Positions 10,550 to 22,000 of a DNA stretch of 63,817 nt are shown piece by piece. Under the pieces are notes generated by a model. It saw nothing but the letters and a program-made list of their open reading frames with translations. It did no database searches and had not been told where the DNA came from. The stretch spans positions 1-63,817 of the forward strand of contig JBFMGO010000023.1 in the NCBI GenBank assembly GCA_040752695.1, in the 5' to 3' direction. Origin of the DNA: a bacterium. Its GTDB lineage: Bacteria; SZUA-182; DTGQ01. The position numbers and the translations under genes were made by a program. Each line of letters starts with the position of its first letter. Position 1 is the first letter of the stretch.

Positions 10550-11524
10550 TTGTTCATAGGAGTCGATCTCGGTGGAACAAACATGAGGGTAGGCGTGGTG
10601 AACTCCGGCGGCCAGGTGTTCCACCGCCTTTCACTGCCTACCAGAGTAAATCTTGGTCTGGAAGAAGTAATAGAAAGGATTGTCAGCACAGTTCTGAGGG
10701 TCGTAGATCAGGCGCGGGATGGAGGGAACCAGATTGAAGCGGTAGGAATCGGTTCTCCAGGTATCATCGATATCAGGACAGGCACGATCGTTACCTCTCC
10801 GAATTTTCCTGAATGGAGGCGGGTACCCCTCAAGCAGACCATGGAGAAGAGACTGCCTTATCCCGTCTTTCTGGATAACGATGCCAACGCCTTTGCCTAC
10901 GGAGAAAAATGGGTGGGAGTAGGCAGGGATGTGCAAAGTATGGTCTGTCTGACCTTGGGGACAGGGGTCGGTGGTGCCATTATTCTGGGCGGTCGGCTCT
11001 GGCATGGGGCCGATGGCATGGCTGGCGAAGTCGGGCATATGACCGTACAGCCGAACGGATTGAAGTGTAATTGCGGCAATTACGGCTGCCTGGAGTCTTA
11101 TGCCTCTGCCTCTTCCGTTGTCCGAAGAGCTTTAGTTGCCAGCCGTACCGGCACCCCGAGCATGATCCTGACTCTGGCCGGTGGCGATCCGGAAAAAATC
11201 ACTTCCTCTCTCGTCTATCAGGCCGCTCTGAAAGGAGACACGCTGGCTATGCAGATCATGAAAGAAACCGCCACCTACCTTGGTATCGGCATTGCCAATC
11301 TCATCAACCTCCTGAACCCGGAGATGATTGTCGTAGGAGGTGGCCTGGCCAACGCCTGGGACCTGATTTACCCGACCGTCGAAGACGAAGTCTGCCATCG
11401 GGCCTTCCTGACACTGGCCCAAACCGCCAAGATCCGCAAGGCATCTTTGGGGGACGATGCAGGAATCATAGGTGCTGCCGGAATCGCCTGCTTCAGCCTG
11501 CGCGATGTATCCTGCGCATTCTAG
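10550..11524 (+). CDS. ROK family sugar kinase (glucokinase)
   Basis: GVDLGGT, NDAN, TLGTGVGG, GEVGH, CNCGNYGCLE. Confidence 0.9.
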   Translation: MFIGVDLGGTNMRVGVVNSGGQVFHRLSLPTRVNLGLEEVIERIVSTVLRVVDQARDGGNQIEAVGIGSPGIIDIRTGTIVTSPNFPEWRRVPLKQTMEKRLPYPVFLDNDANAFAYGEKWVGVGRDVQSMVCLTLGTGVGGAIILGGRLWHGADGMAGEVGHMTVQPNGLKCNCGNYGCLESYASASSVVRRALVASRTGTPSMILTLAGGDPEKITSSLVYQAALKGDTLAMQIMKETATYLGIGIANLINLLNPEMIVVGGGLANAWDLIYPTVEDEVCHRAFLTLAQTAKIRKASLGDDAGIIGAAGIACFSLRDVSCAF

Positions 11525-11645
11525 GAGGCTGTCCGAGAACAGGGATTTTTCAACCTTAGCTACAACATGCGGTATCCAAACATGGTCTTGAACACCATAT
11601 ATTGTATATAAAAAATCAAAACTTCATTCTCGGACAGGCTCCTAG
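11521..11645. mobile_element. MITE-like non-autonomous element with terminal inverted repeats and flanking CTAG
   Basis: CTAGGAGGCTGTCCGAGAA ... TTCTCGGACAGGCTCCTAG (18/19 inverted match including CTAG); no internal ORF. Confidence 0.7.
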
Positions 11646-11788
11646 TGCTTCTTCAGAGTCTGGCCGAGAACCTAGCTATGGTAGCTGGGTTTGTCAAGAC
11701 CGCTTTTAGTGCTTTTTAAGATGCATTCCTTCTGGCATTCACTTGACTCCTGACTCCGTGCACTGGTCACTGGCTTCCCGTGCATTGG

Positions 11789-12466
11789 TCACTGTTTTCC
11801 TGCAACAATCATGGTTATTTCTCCCTTGATGCCGGAGCGGCTTCGCAAAGATTCCAGGACAATGGAGATTTCTCCTCTGATGACCTCCTCAAATTTCTTG
11901 GTCAATTCGCGGGTTACACATATCTGGCGGTTGCCCAGGATAGACAGCATGTCCTCCAGGCAGGAAACGATCCTGTGCGGGGACTCAAAAAAAACAAGGC
12001 TTCGCTTCTCTTCCTTCAGCAGCGCCAACCGGTCCTGCCTGCGCTTTTTGCGGCCATCCAAAAAACCCTCGAACACGAACTGATCAACCGGCAGGCCGCA
12101 GATGCTGAGTGCTGCGGTCAGCGAAGATGCACCGGGAATCGACTCCACCCTTATCCCTTCGGCTACAGCCTCGCGCACAACCCGCACACCCGGATCGGAA
12201 ATACAGGGAGTTCCGGCATCCGATATCAGGGCAACGCTTTTCCCTTCGGCCAGGTAATCGACCAGCCTCTGAGTCCGCTGCCGCTTGCTGTACTCATGAT
12301 AGCTGAAAAGGGGAGTGTGAATGTCGTAGTGCGACAGGAGCTTTCTGCTCCTCCTGGTGTCTTCGGCAGCAATAAGATCAACCTCCTTCAGTATCCGCAG
12401 GGCCCGCAGGGTGATATCCTCCAGGTTTCCGATGGGAGTACTCACAACGTAGAGGGTTCCTTTCAT
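11789..12466 (-). CDS. rsmI: 16S rRNA (cytidine1402-2'-O)-methyltransferase
   Basis: GTLYVVSTPIGNLEDIT, AAEDTR, SDAGTPCISDPG, FESPHR, RELTKKFEE; ATG 12466 preferred. Confidence 0.95.
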   Translation of the reverse strand: MKGTLYVVSTPIGNLEDITLRALRILKEVDLIAAEDTRRSRKLLSHYDIHTPLFSYHEYSKRQRTQRLVDYLAEGKSVALISDAGTPCISDPGVRVVREAVAEGIRVESIPGASSLTAALSICGLPVDQFVFEGFLDGRKKRRQDRLALLKEEKRSLVFFESPHRIVSCLEDMLSILGNRQICVTRELTKKFEEVIRGEISIVLESLRSRSGIKGEITMIVAGKQ

Positions 12467-12786
12467 ACTGCCTTCGATATGAGCGCTCGTCCCTTTATTT
12501 TCTTCCTGCATACCTTTTTTTGTTTCTCCCGCCAAGCGGCCTGCGTGGTTTAATCATACTCTTATGCATATTCTTTCGTGCCTGTTGCCTATGGACTATT
12601 ATTGCCTGCTCTCACAACTCTCAAATCATAGATATTCCCGCAGGGCTTGTCAAATTGAAAATTCTTACTTGACAATTCCCTGTGTCATCGTCCATTATGA
12701 CAGCATGGAGTCACGGCAATATGGCGACAGGACACTATGGCATTATAACCCCGGGATTATAAGGGACAGATTACTTGAGGCAGGGC

Positions 12787-13179
12787 ATGGAAGATAAGGA
12801 TGTTCAGTATTGGATTGATATATCAGAGTATGACCTGAAGGTAGCGGAATGCTTATTGGAAAGGGGATATTACATTTATGTAGGATTTATGTGTCACCAA
12901 AGTATCGAAAAGATACTGAAGGCAATCTATGTAAAGAATAACAATCAAACTCCTCCATATACTCATAAACTTGATAGATTAATTGAAGAAGCCAAAATCA
13001 GCAATTTGTTTTCGGAAACCTGGCTATCTTTTATTGATGAGCTGACGCCTTTGAATATTCAGGCACGATATCCAGTCTATAAAGATTCAATCTGTAAATT
13101 GGTCAAAAAGGAAAGGGCAGAAGATATTTTGCAAAAAACTCAGGAGTTATGGAAATGGTTAAGACAAAGGATAGAGTAG
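12787..13179 (+). CDS. HEPN domain protein
   Basis: W...SEYDL..AE...F.CHQSIEKILKA...PYTHKL...ARYP. Confidence 0.85.
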   Translation: MEDKDVQYWIDISEYDLKVAECLLERGYYIYVGFMCHQSIEKILKAIYVKNNNQTPPYTHKLDRLIEEAKISNLFSETWLSFIDELTPLNIQARYPVYKDSICKLVKKERAEDILQKTQELWKWLRQRIE

Positions 13180-13496
13180 ACCAGATATTAAGAGAATATA
13201 TCACTATATTAACCAAGCAATTTAATATATATGCTATTGTCTTTTTTGGTTCTTATGCTCATGGGAATCCTAATGAATATAGCGACATTGATCTTGGTGT
13301 ATTTGCTGAATCCTTTGGTAAGGATCCTCTGAGTGAGATGACGCTGCTTTGTAAAATGAGAAGGCAAGTAGATACAGATATTGAGCCATTACCGTTTGGT
13401 AAAGATGAGTTCTTCAATCATTCAGAAAAGGATTTTGTTCATGAGATATTGAAGACAGGGAAAATAATCTACAAAGATGGAAAGGTATTAATTTAA
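13149..13496 (+). CDS. Minimal nucleotidyltransferase (MNT) domain protein
   Basis: FGSYAHG...SDIDL (GS-x10-DxD); overlaps the HEPN gene. Confidence 0.88.
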   Translation: MEMVKTKDRVDQILREYITILTKQFNIYAIVFFGSYAHGNPNEYSDIDLGVFAESFGKDPLSEMTLLCKMRRQVDTDIEPLPFGKDEFFNHSEKDFVHEILKTGKIIYKDGKVLI

Positions 13497-13533
13497 AAGA
13501 CAGGAAAAGACCAGTGAAAAGGAAGGAAGAATC

Positions 13534-15885
13534 ATGAAAGGAAAGGCCGCGACAGAAAAACGCACATTCTCTTTTATGCTGTTTATGGCACCGTTCGCCA
13601 TGCTCCTGATCATTTGGGGGGCCAGCGGCTGTTCCCGGCACCCATTTCCGTTCAATCTCTTCCCTGCCTCCCGGCCTGAAGGGGGCGGTCCTGACCGGTC
13701 AGCCGAGCGGCTGTTCCGTGGCCGCTTGCCTCATAACCTGGTGCTGATCACGATCGATACCCTGCGGGCCGATCACCTTGGATGCTACGGGAACCCGAAT
13801 GCCCGGACTCCCGCCATCGACGCACTGGCCAAGCAGGGGATACTGTTCCGTCAGGCGTTCAGTCCGGTCCCTCTCACGCTGCCTTCTCATGCCTCCATCC
13901 TGACCGGCCTTTATCCTCCGGTGCACGGCCTTCGAGACAATGGATATTTCATCCTGAACGAGGATTATAAGACCCTGGCCGAGGTTCTCAAAGAAAATGG
14001 CTATACCACCGGCGCAATTGTGGCCTCCTTTGTCCTGAATTCCCGCTTTGGGTTGGATCAGGGCTTTGATTTTTATGAGGATACTATTGATCCTGATCCA
14101 AACCGCAGCGATCCATTCCGCTACGAGCTCAAGGGGGACAAGGTGCTGGATCTGGCTAAGGAGTGGCTGGTAAATCATCAAGGAGAAAAATTTTTCCTGT
14201 GGCTGCATTTCTATGATCCTCACGACCCGTACGATCCACCGGAGCCGCAAAGAAGCCTCTTCAGCAAGGGCGGGCCAAGAGCGCTCTATGACGGTGAAAT
14301 CGCTTACACCGATGCCTGCCTTGGGCAGTTTATCGGGAAAATGGACGAATTGAATCTGCGGGATAACACGCTGCTGGTGCTGACTGCTGACCACGGAGAG
14401 GGTCTTGGAGAGCATGGGGAGAAAACCCACGGGATTTTCATCTATGACAGCACCTTACAGGTTCCCCTCATTATCAGCAATCCAGGATTACACGCCGAAA
14501 ATCAATCGGGAAGTCAATCTCAGATAAGTCAGTTATCCCCGGATTTTCTGGTACGTACGATTGACATCCTGCCCACCACCCTCGGCCTTTTGGGGCTCGT
14601 CAAACAGGGTGAAAGCTACGGGCAGGGCGTAAACCTGCTGCCCTGGCTGCTGGCAGAGCAAGAGCGGCGGACCGCGGAGCCGGACCTGAAGCTTTATGCC
14701 GAATCCCTGTACACTAAATTGAATTTTGACTGGTCTGCCCTGAAAGGGATTCGCAGCAGGGACTGGAAATATATCCAGGCACCAACCGCAGAACTATACC
14801 GGGTATCTTCCGATCCCGGAGAAACCGAAAACATTCTCCTTACAGAGCCAAAGGGGCCAGATATTGCCGGGAGCCGGGAAAGGTGGGAAAAGTACCTCCA
14901 GGAGGAAGAAAGCGGCTTTGCCTCCTTCCGGTTAGCCGGGAGTGCGTCCGGGGCACAGGTGGTAAATGACCGGGAAATCCGGCAGCGGCTGGAAAGCCTG
15001 GGGTATCTTTGCGCTCCCAGAAAGGAGAAACCCGTAAGGGAGGAAAAATCCGCCGGTGCGCAAGACTCCCGGAACCCTCTTGACCCCAAAGACATGGTGG
15101 AGGTTCTCGATTCTCTGGATCAGGGGCAGACCCTCTACGCCGAGGGAAAACTGGAATCAGCGGCCCGTCAATTTGAAGCGATTCTCGAACTTGACCCTGG
15201 GAACATTTTCATTCATTACCTTCTCGGAGATGTCTACAGCAGGCAGGGAGATTTCCGTACGGCACTCAGTCATTACCAGGCTGTACTTCAAGAGCAGGAA
15301 GATTACCTGGAAGTGCAAAACAAGATAGGCTCGGTGTACGATCATCTTGAAGAGTATGAAAAGGCCATAGAGCACTTTCAAAAAGCGGCCACCCTGTACC
15401 CTGATCAGCCCCGCGCGTATATTAATTTCGGTATTATCTACATCAAGACCAACCGGCTGGACGAAGCCCAAAAAAACCTTCTCAAGGCCCTCGATCTGAG
15501 CCGCGATGATGACCAGGAAAAGGCCGTAAGCCTGCGATGTCTGGGAGATACCTGTCTTCGGATGAACAACGGGACAGACAGCGAAGAAAAAGCCAGGCAG
15601 TACTATCAACAGGCACTCAAGCTCAAGCCTGACATGATCGAGGTTTTCCTGGAACTGGCCAGGTACTATACCAGCCAGAGACGCTACTCCGAGGCTATCC
15701 CCAACTGGGAGAAGGTGATTTCTCTCCAGCCTCAGGACAACCAGGCCGCTTTTGCTCTTGGCCAATGCTACCTTTTGAGCGGCGATCGTCAGAAGGCCGA
15801 GCAGCTTTTCCGGCAATGCCTCCAGATTCAGCCTGACCATGGCCAGGCGCGCAGCATTCTTGAGAGGCTGGAACAGGGGCAGTAA
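13534..15885 (+). CDS. Sulfatase-like hydrolase with C-terminal TPR repeats, probable lipoprotein
   Basis: ITIDTLRADH, TLPSHASILTG, DPHDPY, TADHGE, LESLGY followed by multiple TPR helices; N-terminal hydrophobic stretch ending GASGC. Confidence 0.85.
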   Translation: MKGKAATEKRTFSFMLFMAPFAMLLIIWGASGCSRHPFPFNLFPASRPEGGGPDRSAERLFRGRLPHNLVLITIDTLRADHLGCYGNPNARTPAIDALAKQGILFRQAFSPVPLTLPSHASILTGLYPPVHGLRDNGYFILNEDYKTLAEVLKENGYTTGAIVASFVLNSRFGLDQGFDFYEDTIDPDPNRSDPFRYELKGDKVLDLAKEWLVNHQGEKFFLWLHFYDPHDPYDPPEPQRSLFSKGGPRALYDGEIAYTDACLGQFIGKMDELNLRDNTLLVLTADHGEGLGEHGEKTHGIFIYDSTLQVPLIISNPGLHAENQSGSQSQISQLSPDFLVRTIDILPTTLGLLGLVKQGESYGQGVNLLPWLLAEQERRTAEPDLKLYAESLYTKLNFDWSALKGIRSRDWKYIQAPTAELYRVSSDPGETENILLTEPKGPDIAGSRERWEKYLQEEESGFASFRLAGSASGAQVVNDREIRQRLESLGYLCAPRKEKPVREEKSAGAQDSRNPLDPKDMVEVLDSLDQGQTLYAEGKLESAARQFEAILELDPGNIFIHYLLGDVYSRQGDFRTALSHYQAVLQEQEDYLEVQNKIGSVYDHLEEYEKAIEHFQKAATLYPDQPRAYINFGIIYIKTNRLDEAQKNLLKALDLSRDDDQEKAVSLRCLGDTCLRMNNGTDSEEKARQYYQQALKLKPDMIEVFLELARYYTSQRRYSEAIPNWEKVISLQPQDNQAAFALGQCYLLSGDRQKAEQLFRQCLQIQPDHGQARSILERLEQGQ

Positions 15886-16042
15886 CCATATCTGTGTGTT
15901 TTATCAAGGGAGAAATTTTAAGGATAACGGAGCCGAACATTCTTTATTTTCCCCCTCCAAGGATACCGGATTATGGAATAATAAGTCAATTTTTCCCCTG
16001 GCATAAGTTTATATCAGATCCCCTCTCACCTCTGGGGTCACT

Positions 16043-16936
16043 TCACCTCTGGCGCAGCCAGGGTTTTTCGACCGGTACGGCATAGAACTCCTCCATGATA
16101 TCCTGCACCTTATCGGGCTGGATCTTTTGCCTGTACAAGGGGCCTGCCTGCAGGACCGGGGTCTGCTCCTCAAAGGTCGGCTTTTGATGCGTGTAGAAGA
16201 CACCCAAAGGGATGAGATCCCCCCATTCCTGAGCTTTGTGGAAAGCTTTCAACTGGTTTCCCGGATCGAACTCGCGGTCCTCTTCCAGATGATAGATCCG
16301 TTCCTTATAGTACTGGAAGGTATTGACACGGTTAAAACTGGGGCAGGGCTGGAGGATATCGATTAAAGAGAATCCCTTGTGCTGAATCCCTTTTTTGATG
16401 AGTTCAACCAGGTAGTTCATATCTCCTGCAAACCCTCTGGCTACAAAGCTGCAATCCATGGCCACAGCAATCGAAAGCGGGTTGAATGGATCATTGATAA
16501 CTCCGTGGGGCTGGACTTTGGTATGGAATCCTTTATCCGACGTTGGCGACGCCTGCCCCTTGGTAAGGCCATAGACTTTATTGTTATGCACGATGCAGGT
16601 AAGATCAGGATTCCGGCGAATAGTATGGAGAAAATGGTTTCCTCCTTCTCCGTAGCAATCCCCGTCTCCGTTATGGACAATGACGGTCATTTCAGGATTG
16701 GCAATTTTGGCAGCTACAGCTACAGGCAGGGCCCGGCCATGCAGGCCGTTAAAAAAATTACACCTCAGATAATGGGGGAATTTACTGGCCTGCCCGATGC
16801 CTGAGACCATGAGTATCTTTTCAGGCGGCAGTTGTAAATCGACTAAGGCTTTTTTGACGGCATTCAGGATGCCGAAGTTTCCGCAGCCCGGACACCATGC
16901 CTCCTCGACGCCTTGATAATCTTCCTTGGTTATCAT
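16043..16936 (-). CDS. 2-oxoacid:ferredoxin oxidoreductase beta subunit
   Basis: WCPGCGN, HGRALP, GDGD...NN..YGLTKGQ.SPT TPP motif, QPCPSFN. Confidence 0.93.
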   Translation of the reverse strand: MITKEDYQGVEEAWCPGCGNFGILNAVKKALVDLQLPPEKILMVSGIGQASKFPHYLRCNFFNGLHGRALPVAVAAKIANPEMTVIVHNGDGDCYGEGGNHFLHTIRRNPDLTCIVHNNKVYGLTKGQASPTSDKGFHTKVQPHGVINDPFNPLSIAVAMDCSFVARGFAGDMNYLVELIKKGIQHKGFSLIDILQPCPSFNRVNTFQYYKERIYHLEEDREFDPGNQLKAFHKAQEWGDLIPLGVFYTHQKPTFEEQTPVLQAGPLYRQKIQPDKVQDIMEEFYAVPVEKPWLRQR

Positions 16937-18672
16937 TAACTTATCACCTCCTGGATAGCTTCAAAAAGATATTGTACCGAGAAAGGACGGCCATCGGCCT
17001 GCAGAATCCTCTGCCCCACCTCGATTCCGGTTTTCTCGCGAATGAGGCTGGCCAATTGCCCGCTCGCGTTATTTTCTATGCAAATCAGCTCCTCACGATC
17101 CTTGAGGAGATCTTTCACCTGTTGTGAAGGGAATGGCCAGATTTGTGTGAAATGGATCATAGCTACATCTTTTCCCTCGTCCAGTAATTTTCCCATGGCT
17201 TCATGCACGATTCCCCAGGTTGAGCCCCAGCAGATGACAATATTTTTCGCTTTTACATGGCCGTAAATATTCGGCGGGAGGATGTCCTCTTCCATCATCT
17301 GCTGCTTTTTCATTCTCTTGACCACGGCCTTGCTTCTGGTCTGTCTGTCCTCGATAATATGGCCTGACTCGTCATGTTCGTCCGAGTCCGCCATGACCAG
17401 CTTGGAGCTTTGCCCTGGAATGGCACGGGGGGAAATTCCGGTTTCGGTGAAGGCGTATCTGCGGTAATCTCCTTCCATACCGTTCAGTTCCTCTTCCGAG
17501 AGCAGATGGCGTTCGATAGTGATTTTCCCGGGGTCCAGTTGCTTATCGAGGGTAAAATAGGAGTCGGCCAGATAGGTATCGGTCAGAATAAGGACCGGGA
17601 TTTGATATTTTTCGGCCTGGTTAAAAGCATGGGCCGTGAGATAAAAGCACTGTTCAGGTGTTCCTGGTGCAAGGACAAGGCGGGGAAATTCCCCGTGAGA
17701 CGCATGGATGGCATATTGCAGCTCAGCCTGCTCGGTCCTGGTTGGAAGTCCGGTGGCAGGGCCTGGCCGCTGACCCAGGACGACCACAATTGGTGTTTCG
17801 GTCATCCCGGCCAGGGAGAACCCTTCTGTCATCAGGTCAAACCCGCCGCCGGAGGTAGCGGTCATGGCTCGCGCTCCGGCAAAGCTTGCTCCAATCACCA
17901 TATTGATGGCAGCAATCTCGTCTTCAGCCTGCTCCACCACCACCCCAAACTGTTCGGCTTTGGATGCCATGTAAGTGAGAATACCGGTGGAAGGGGTCAT
18001 TGGGTAGCCGGAATAAAACTTACATCCTGCGGCCAAAGCACCGAGGGCTATCCCTTCGTTACCGCTGATCAGCATTTTGGCCCGAGTGCCGAGAGGATGG
18101 ACCGGGAAGGGACAAATACCGCTTTCTCCCCGGCAAAGGCGAAGGGCCTCCTCATAACCTCTTTGGGCTGCCTGTATATTCTCGTTCACTACCCGGTCCC
18201 CCTTATCGTGGAAAGCCGAGCGCAAATAATCTTCAAGATACTTGATTTCATAGTCAATAAGCCCTACAACGGCTGCCACAGCCACAGTGTTGGCCAGAAT
18301 TGGGCCTCCGCTCTCTCTGGCGATCCGGTCCATGGGTATGTTCATGAATTTCGCTTTCTCTGTCGGCGGCACCTTGATCTTTTCTCCGTCATAGACGACA
18401 ACACTGTTGGCGTGCAGTTCAGGAAGATGAAGATGCAAGGTCTCCCTGTCCAGAGCGATTAAGATATCCACCCGATCAGACATGGCCCAGACAGGATCTT
18501 CAAAAATCCGGATCTGGAAAATATTATGCCCGCCCCGAATCCTGGATTCATAATCCTGGCTGGAAAAAACATACCAACCTCCCCGGCTAAAGAGGTTGGA
18601 CAGGACATTGCCGATAGTAACCAGCCCCTGTCCTGCCTCCCCTCCGATTTTTATCGTTAACTCCTTTTGCAT
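16936..18672 (-). CDS. 2-oxoacid:acceptor oxidoreductase alpha subunit (gamma-alpha fusion)
   Basis: GGEAGQG, ESRIRGGH, YPMTPS, EDEIAA, TSGGGF, QRPGPATGLPT. Confidence 0.93.
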   Translation of the reverse strand: MQKELTIKIGGEAGQGLVTIGNVLSNLFSRGGWYVFSSQDYESRIRGGHNIFQIRIFEDPVWAMSDRVDILIALDRETLHLHLPELHANSVVVYDGEKIKVPPTEKAKFMNIPMDRIARESGGPILANTVAVAAVVGLIDYEIKYLEDYLRSAFHDKGDRVVNENIQAAQRGYEEALRLCRGESGICPFPVHPLGTRAKMLISGNEGIALGALAAGCKFYSGYPMTPSTGILTYMASKAEQFGVVVEQAEDEIAAINMVIGASFAGARAMTATSGGGFDLMTEGFSLAGMTETPIVVVLGQRPGPATGLPTRTEQAELQYAIHASHGEFPRLVLAPGTPEQCFYLTAHAFNQAEKYQIPVLILTDTYLADSYFTLDKQLDPGKITIERHLLSEEELNGMEGDYRRYAFTETGISPRAIPGQSSKLVMADSDEHDESGHIIEDRQTRSKAVVKRMKKQQMMEEDILPPNIYGHVKAKNIVICWGSTWGIVHEAMGKLLDEGKDVAMIHFTQIWPFPSQQVKDLLKDREELICIENNASGQLASLIREKTGIEVGQRILQADGRPFSVQYLFEAIQEVIS

Positions 18673-19050
18673 ACATTCTCTCCTTAACAATGGGATAGGC
18701 TCTCGTACGTCGTTCTATCCCTTAAGCTTTCCCTCTGACAATAGCCTTAAGCCAAAGATCGACATTTGAGGGGAACAACCTTTACCCTTGAAAGGAGGGC
18801 TCAGGTCTGGCACCTGAAGACCTGAATATGGTTCGAAAAAAAATTTAGACTTATTTGTCCCGTTTACCATAAAAAAATTTGCCGAAGATAAAATGTACTC
18901 TTATTTCAGGGACTGTCTGATAAGTATACGCATGGAGGCGGGGTTAGAAAAACGCCAATTATTCAGGTTCATAATTGATTTCAATGGCTAACACTTAGCC
19001 ATAGCTTGCTTGGAAAAGCAGGCTCTTACCGGTTCAAGCAGGAGCCATAA

Positions 19051-22000
19051 GTGCGTATTTCAAGGGAATCGTGGAAAATCGGAGCGTGTGTCACAACCGC
19101 ATCAGTGATTATCGGGATCGGCTGGACATTAAACCATTTGAAATTTCAAAATGCCGTGGTTACCCAAACCCAGCAGCAACTGTTGACTATAGCCAGGACC
19201 ACAGTCAGTGGATTGGAAGAGTTTTTCATTGAGTATTCGAACGCGCTTAAGAGTATCTCAATAAATCCATTAATCCAGGAGATGGTCGCTAAAAGGATTA
19301 CCCATAAGGAATCCGACACTGACCATTGCCCCGTTAAGGACCTCTATGAAATCCACCGGGACGGAGTCAGCAGTCTCACCATTTTCGATGCCAATGGACT
19401 TTTATTGGACATGCATCCCTTTATAAAAGGGATGGTCGGCGTTGATTTTTCATCCATACCTGATGTCGCATCTATCTTACGGGAACATAAGCCGTGCGTC
19501 GGCGACATGTTTTATAACTATCTCGGTAAGCCAGCCATAGCTATTTCAGAGCCAGTATTTCATGACTATGCATTTGTGGGTATAGCTCAATGGATGATCG
19601 AAATCGACAAAATCTCGGAGGTTTTTTTTGAACCGGCCAGGATAGATGGAATAGGGCATGCCTGGGTTTTTGATGATAGAAATATTCTTGTTTCACATCC
19701 AAGGAAAGATCTGGTAGGATGTTCGGTCTTCGAAGCCATAAAAAAGATACACCTGGAGATGGCAGGGGGGGGCTTTGATCAAGAGGGGATAAAAGAGCAT
19801 ATTAAAACCGATCATGATTATCTGAATAGAGTAAAGATAGAGGGCGAAGGCTATGGAACAGATGTAAATCATCTGTCTCGTAAGAATGACCTCATTGCTT
19901 TTAAAAAGATTCCGATAGGTAAGGGAACCTGGTATCTGATAATTACCGCACCCTATGCTGATATTGCAGGCCCTATTCAGGAAAATGCAAGGAACACACT
20001 CGGACTGGCTGGTCTGCTCATCCTTTTTTTGACTGCCGGAGGACTGATTATTTTTAAGATCCAGAAGAGAAAAGCCCAACTCGAGATAGAGACAGTCTAC
20101 CTGAAACAACTGGCTGAATCAGCAGAATTACTGCGCGAGAGTAAGGAGAAACTGGCAGGAATTATCGCCTCAGTACCGGACCGCATCAGCATCATTGATG
20201 AGGAGTATACTCTTGTCTGGGCAAACCAGGCTGTCATGGATTTATTCGGGCAAGAGGTAATCGGCCGCAAGTGCTACGCTGCTTATCATAGACGTGACAG
20301 GGTTTGCGAACCGTGCCTGGTCAGGGAATGTTTTGAGGATGGAAAAATTCACGAGCAGGAAAAAGAAGTTGCCCAACCTGGGCAGGAAAATATACACTTG
20401 TGGTTTATAGCCAATGTGGCTGCGTATCATAAGGACGGCCAGCCAAGGCTGGTGGTCGAGGTTTCCCGCGATGTCACTCAGCGTAAATCAGCCGAGGAGT
20501 TATTGCTTCGGGAAAGAAATAAGGCGAAAAAATACATTGATATTGCAGGAGTTATGTTGGTGGCTATTGGCATCGATCAAAAAGTCACTCTTATTAATAA
20601 AAAGGGCTGTGAGATCCTGGGATATAGAGAAGAAGAAATTATCGGCCAGAATTGGTTCGATACTTTTTTACCCGAAGAGATAAGAAAAACAGTAAAATCG
20701 GTCTTCGAGAGCTTGATAGCGGGAGAGATTGAGCCGGTTGAATATTTTGAAAATCCTGTTCTAACCAAAACAGGTGAACAGAGAATTATTGCCTGGCATA
20801 ATACAGTCATAACGGATGAACATGGGGAAATCATGGCCACGCTCGGCTCCGGAGAGGATATCACTGACCGAAAGCGGATAGAAAAGGAGATGATGCGCCT
20901 TGTAACAGCCATTGGCCAGGCGGCCGAGGGTATCATGATTCTCGCACCTGATTGGACTATTCAATATGTTAATCCTGCCTTTGAGCACATGAGCAGTTAT
21001 AACCAGAAAGAGGTGATTGGACAGAATATACAGATTTTTAATGGTCAATACGACCAGGTCTTTTATAAAGCCCTCACCGGCATACAGGCCGGTGGCAAGG
21101 CGTGGAGTGGCAGTATCGTTAACAGGAAAAAAGATGGCACCGCGATCGAGCTTGAGACAACCATTTCACCGATTAAGGAAAAATCTGGTAACATTATAGA
21201 TTATGTGATTATCCAGCATGACATAACCCATGAAATTATCATGGAAAAGCGTCTCAGACAAGTCCAGAAGATGGAGGCCATCGGCACTCTTGCTGGAGGC
21301 ATTGCCCATGATTTTAATAATATCCTCTCAGCCATTGTCGGCTACATGGAGCTCAGCCTGGACGAGATTCCGGCAGAAAGTGCAGTCAGGGATAACATCT
21401 TCGAAGTGCTCAAGGCCAGCCATCGAGCAGCAGAGCTTATCAAACAGATCCTCACCTTCAGCCGCCAGAACGAGTCGAAAAGAGAACCTCTTCAACTCGC
21501 TCCTATCGTTAAAGAAGCCCTTAAACTACTGCGGGCCAGCTTGCCATCCAGCATCCAGATTCACCAAAACATCGCCATTCGCTCTGGGTCGGTTTTGGCT
21601 GATCCAACTCAAATTCACCAAGTGTTGATGAATCTTGGCATCAATGCAGCATATGCCATGCGTGATCAAGGCGGGGTGCTGGAGGTAAATCTGGTTGAGA
21701 TGGAGCTGGGTGAAGAAGTTGTGGATGGCTATTCAGATTTGGCGCCAGGTCCATACCTGAAGGTAACGATGAAAGATACAGGGCATGGGATAGCCCCTGA
21801 AAATCTGGATCGAATCTTTGATCCCTTTTTTACTACCAAAAGGCCAAATGAAGGGACTGGCCTCGGGCTTTCTGTGGTCCAGGGAATAATTAAAAGTCAT
21901 GGAGGCATGATCACTGTTTCAAGTACCCTGGGCAAGGGATCTACCTTCTGTGTCTTTCTCCCTCAAATCAAGGAAAAGGATACTCAGCCAGAGGGGACCC

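Noticed and set aside
17374..18462. 362-aa + strand ORF
   Set aside because: Antisense shadow of the oxidoreductase alpha subunit.
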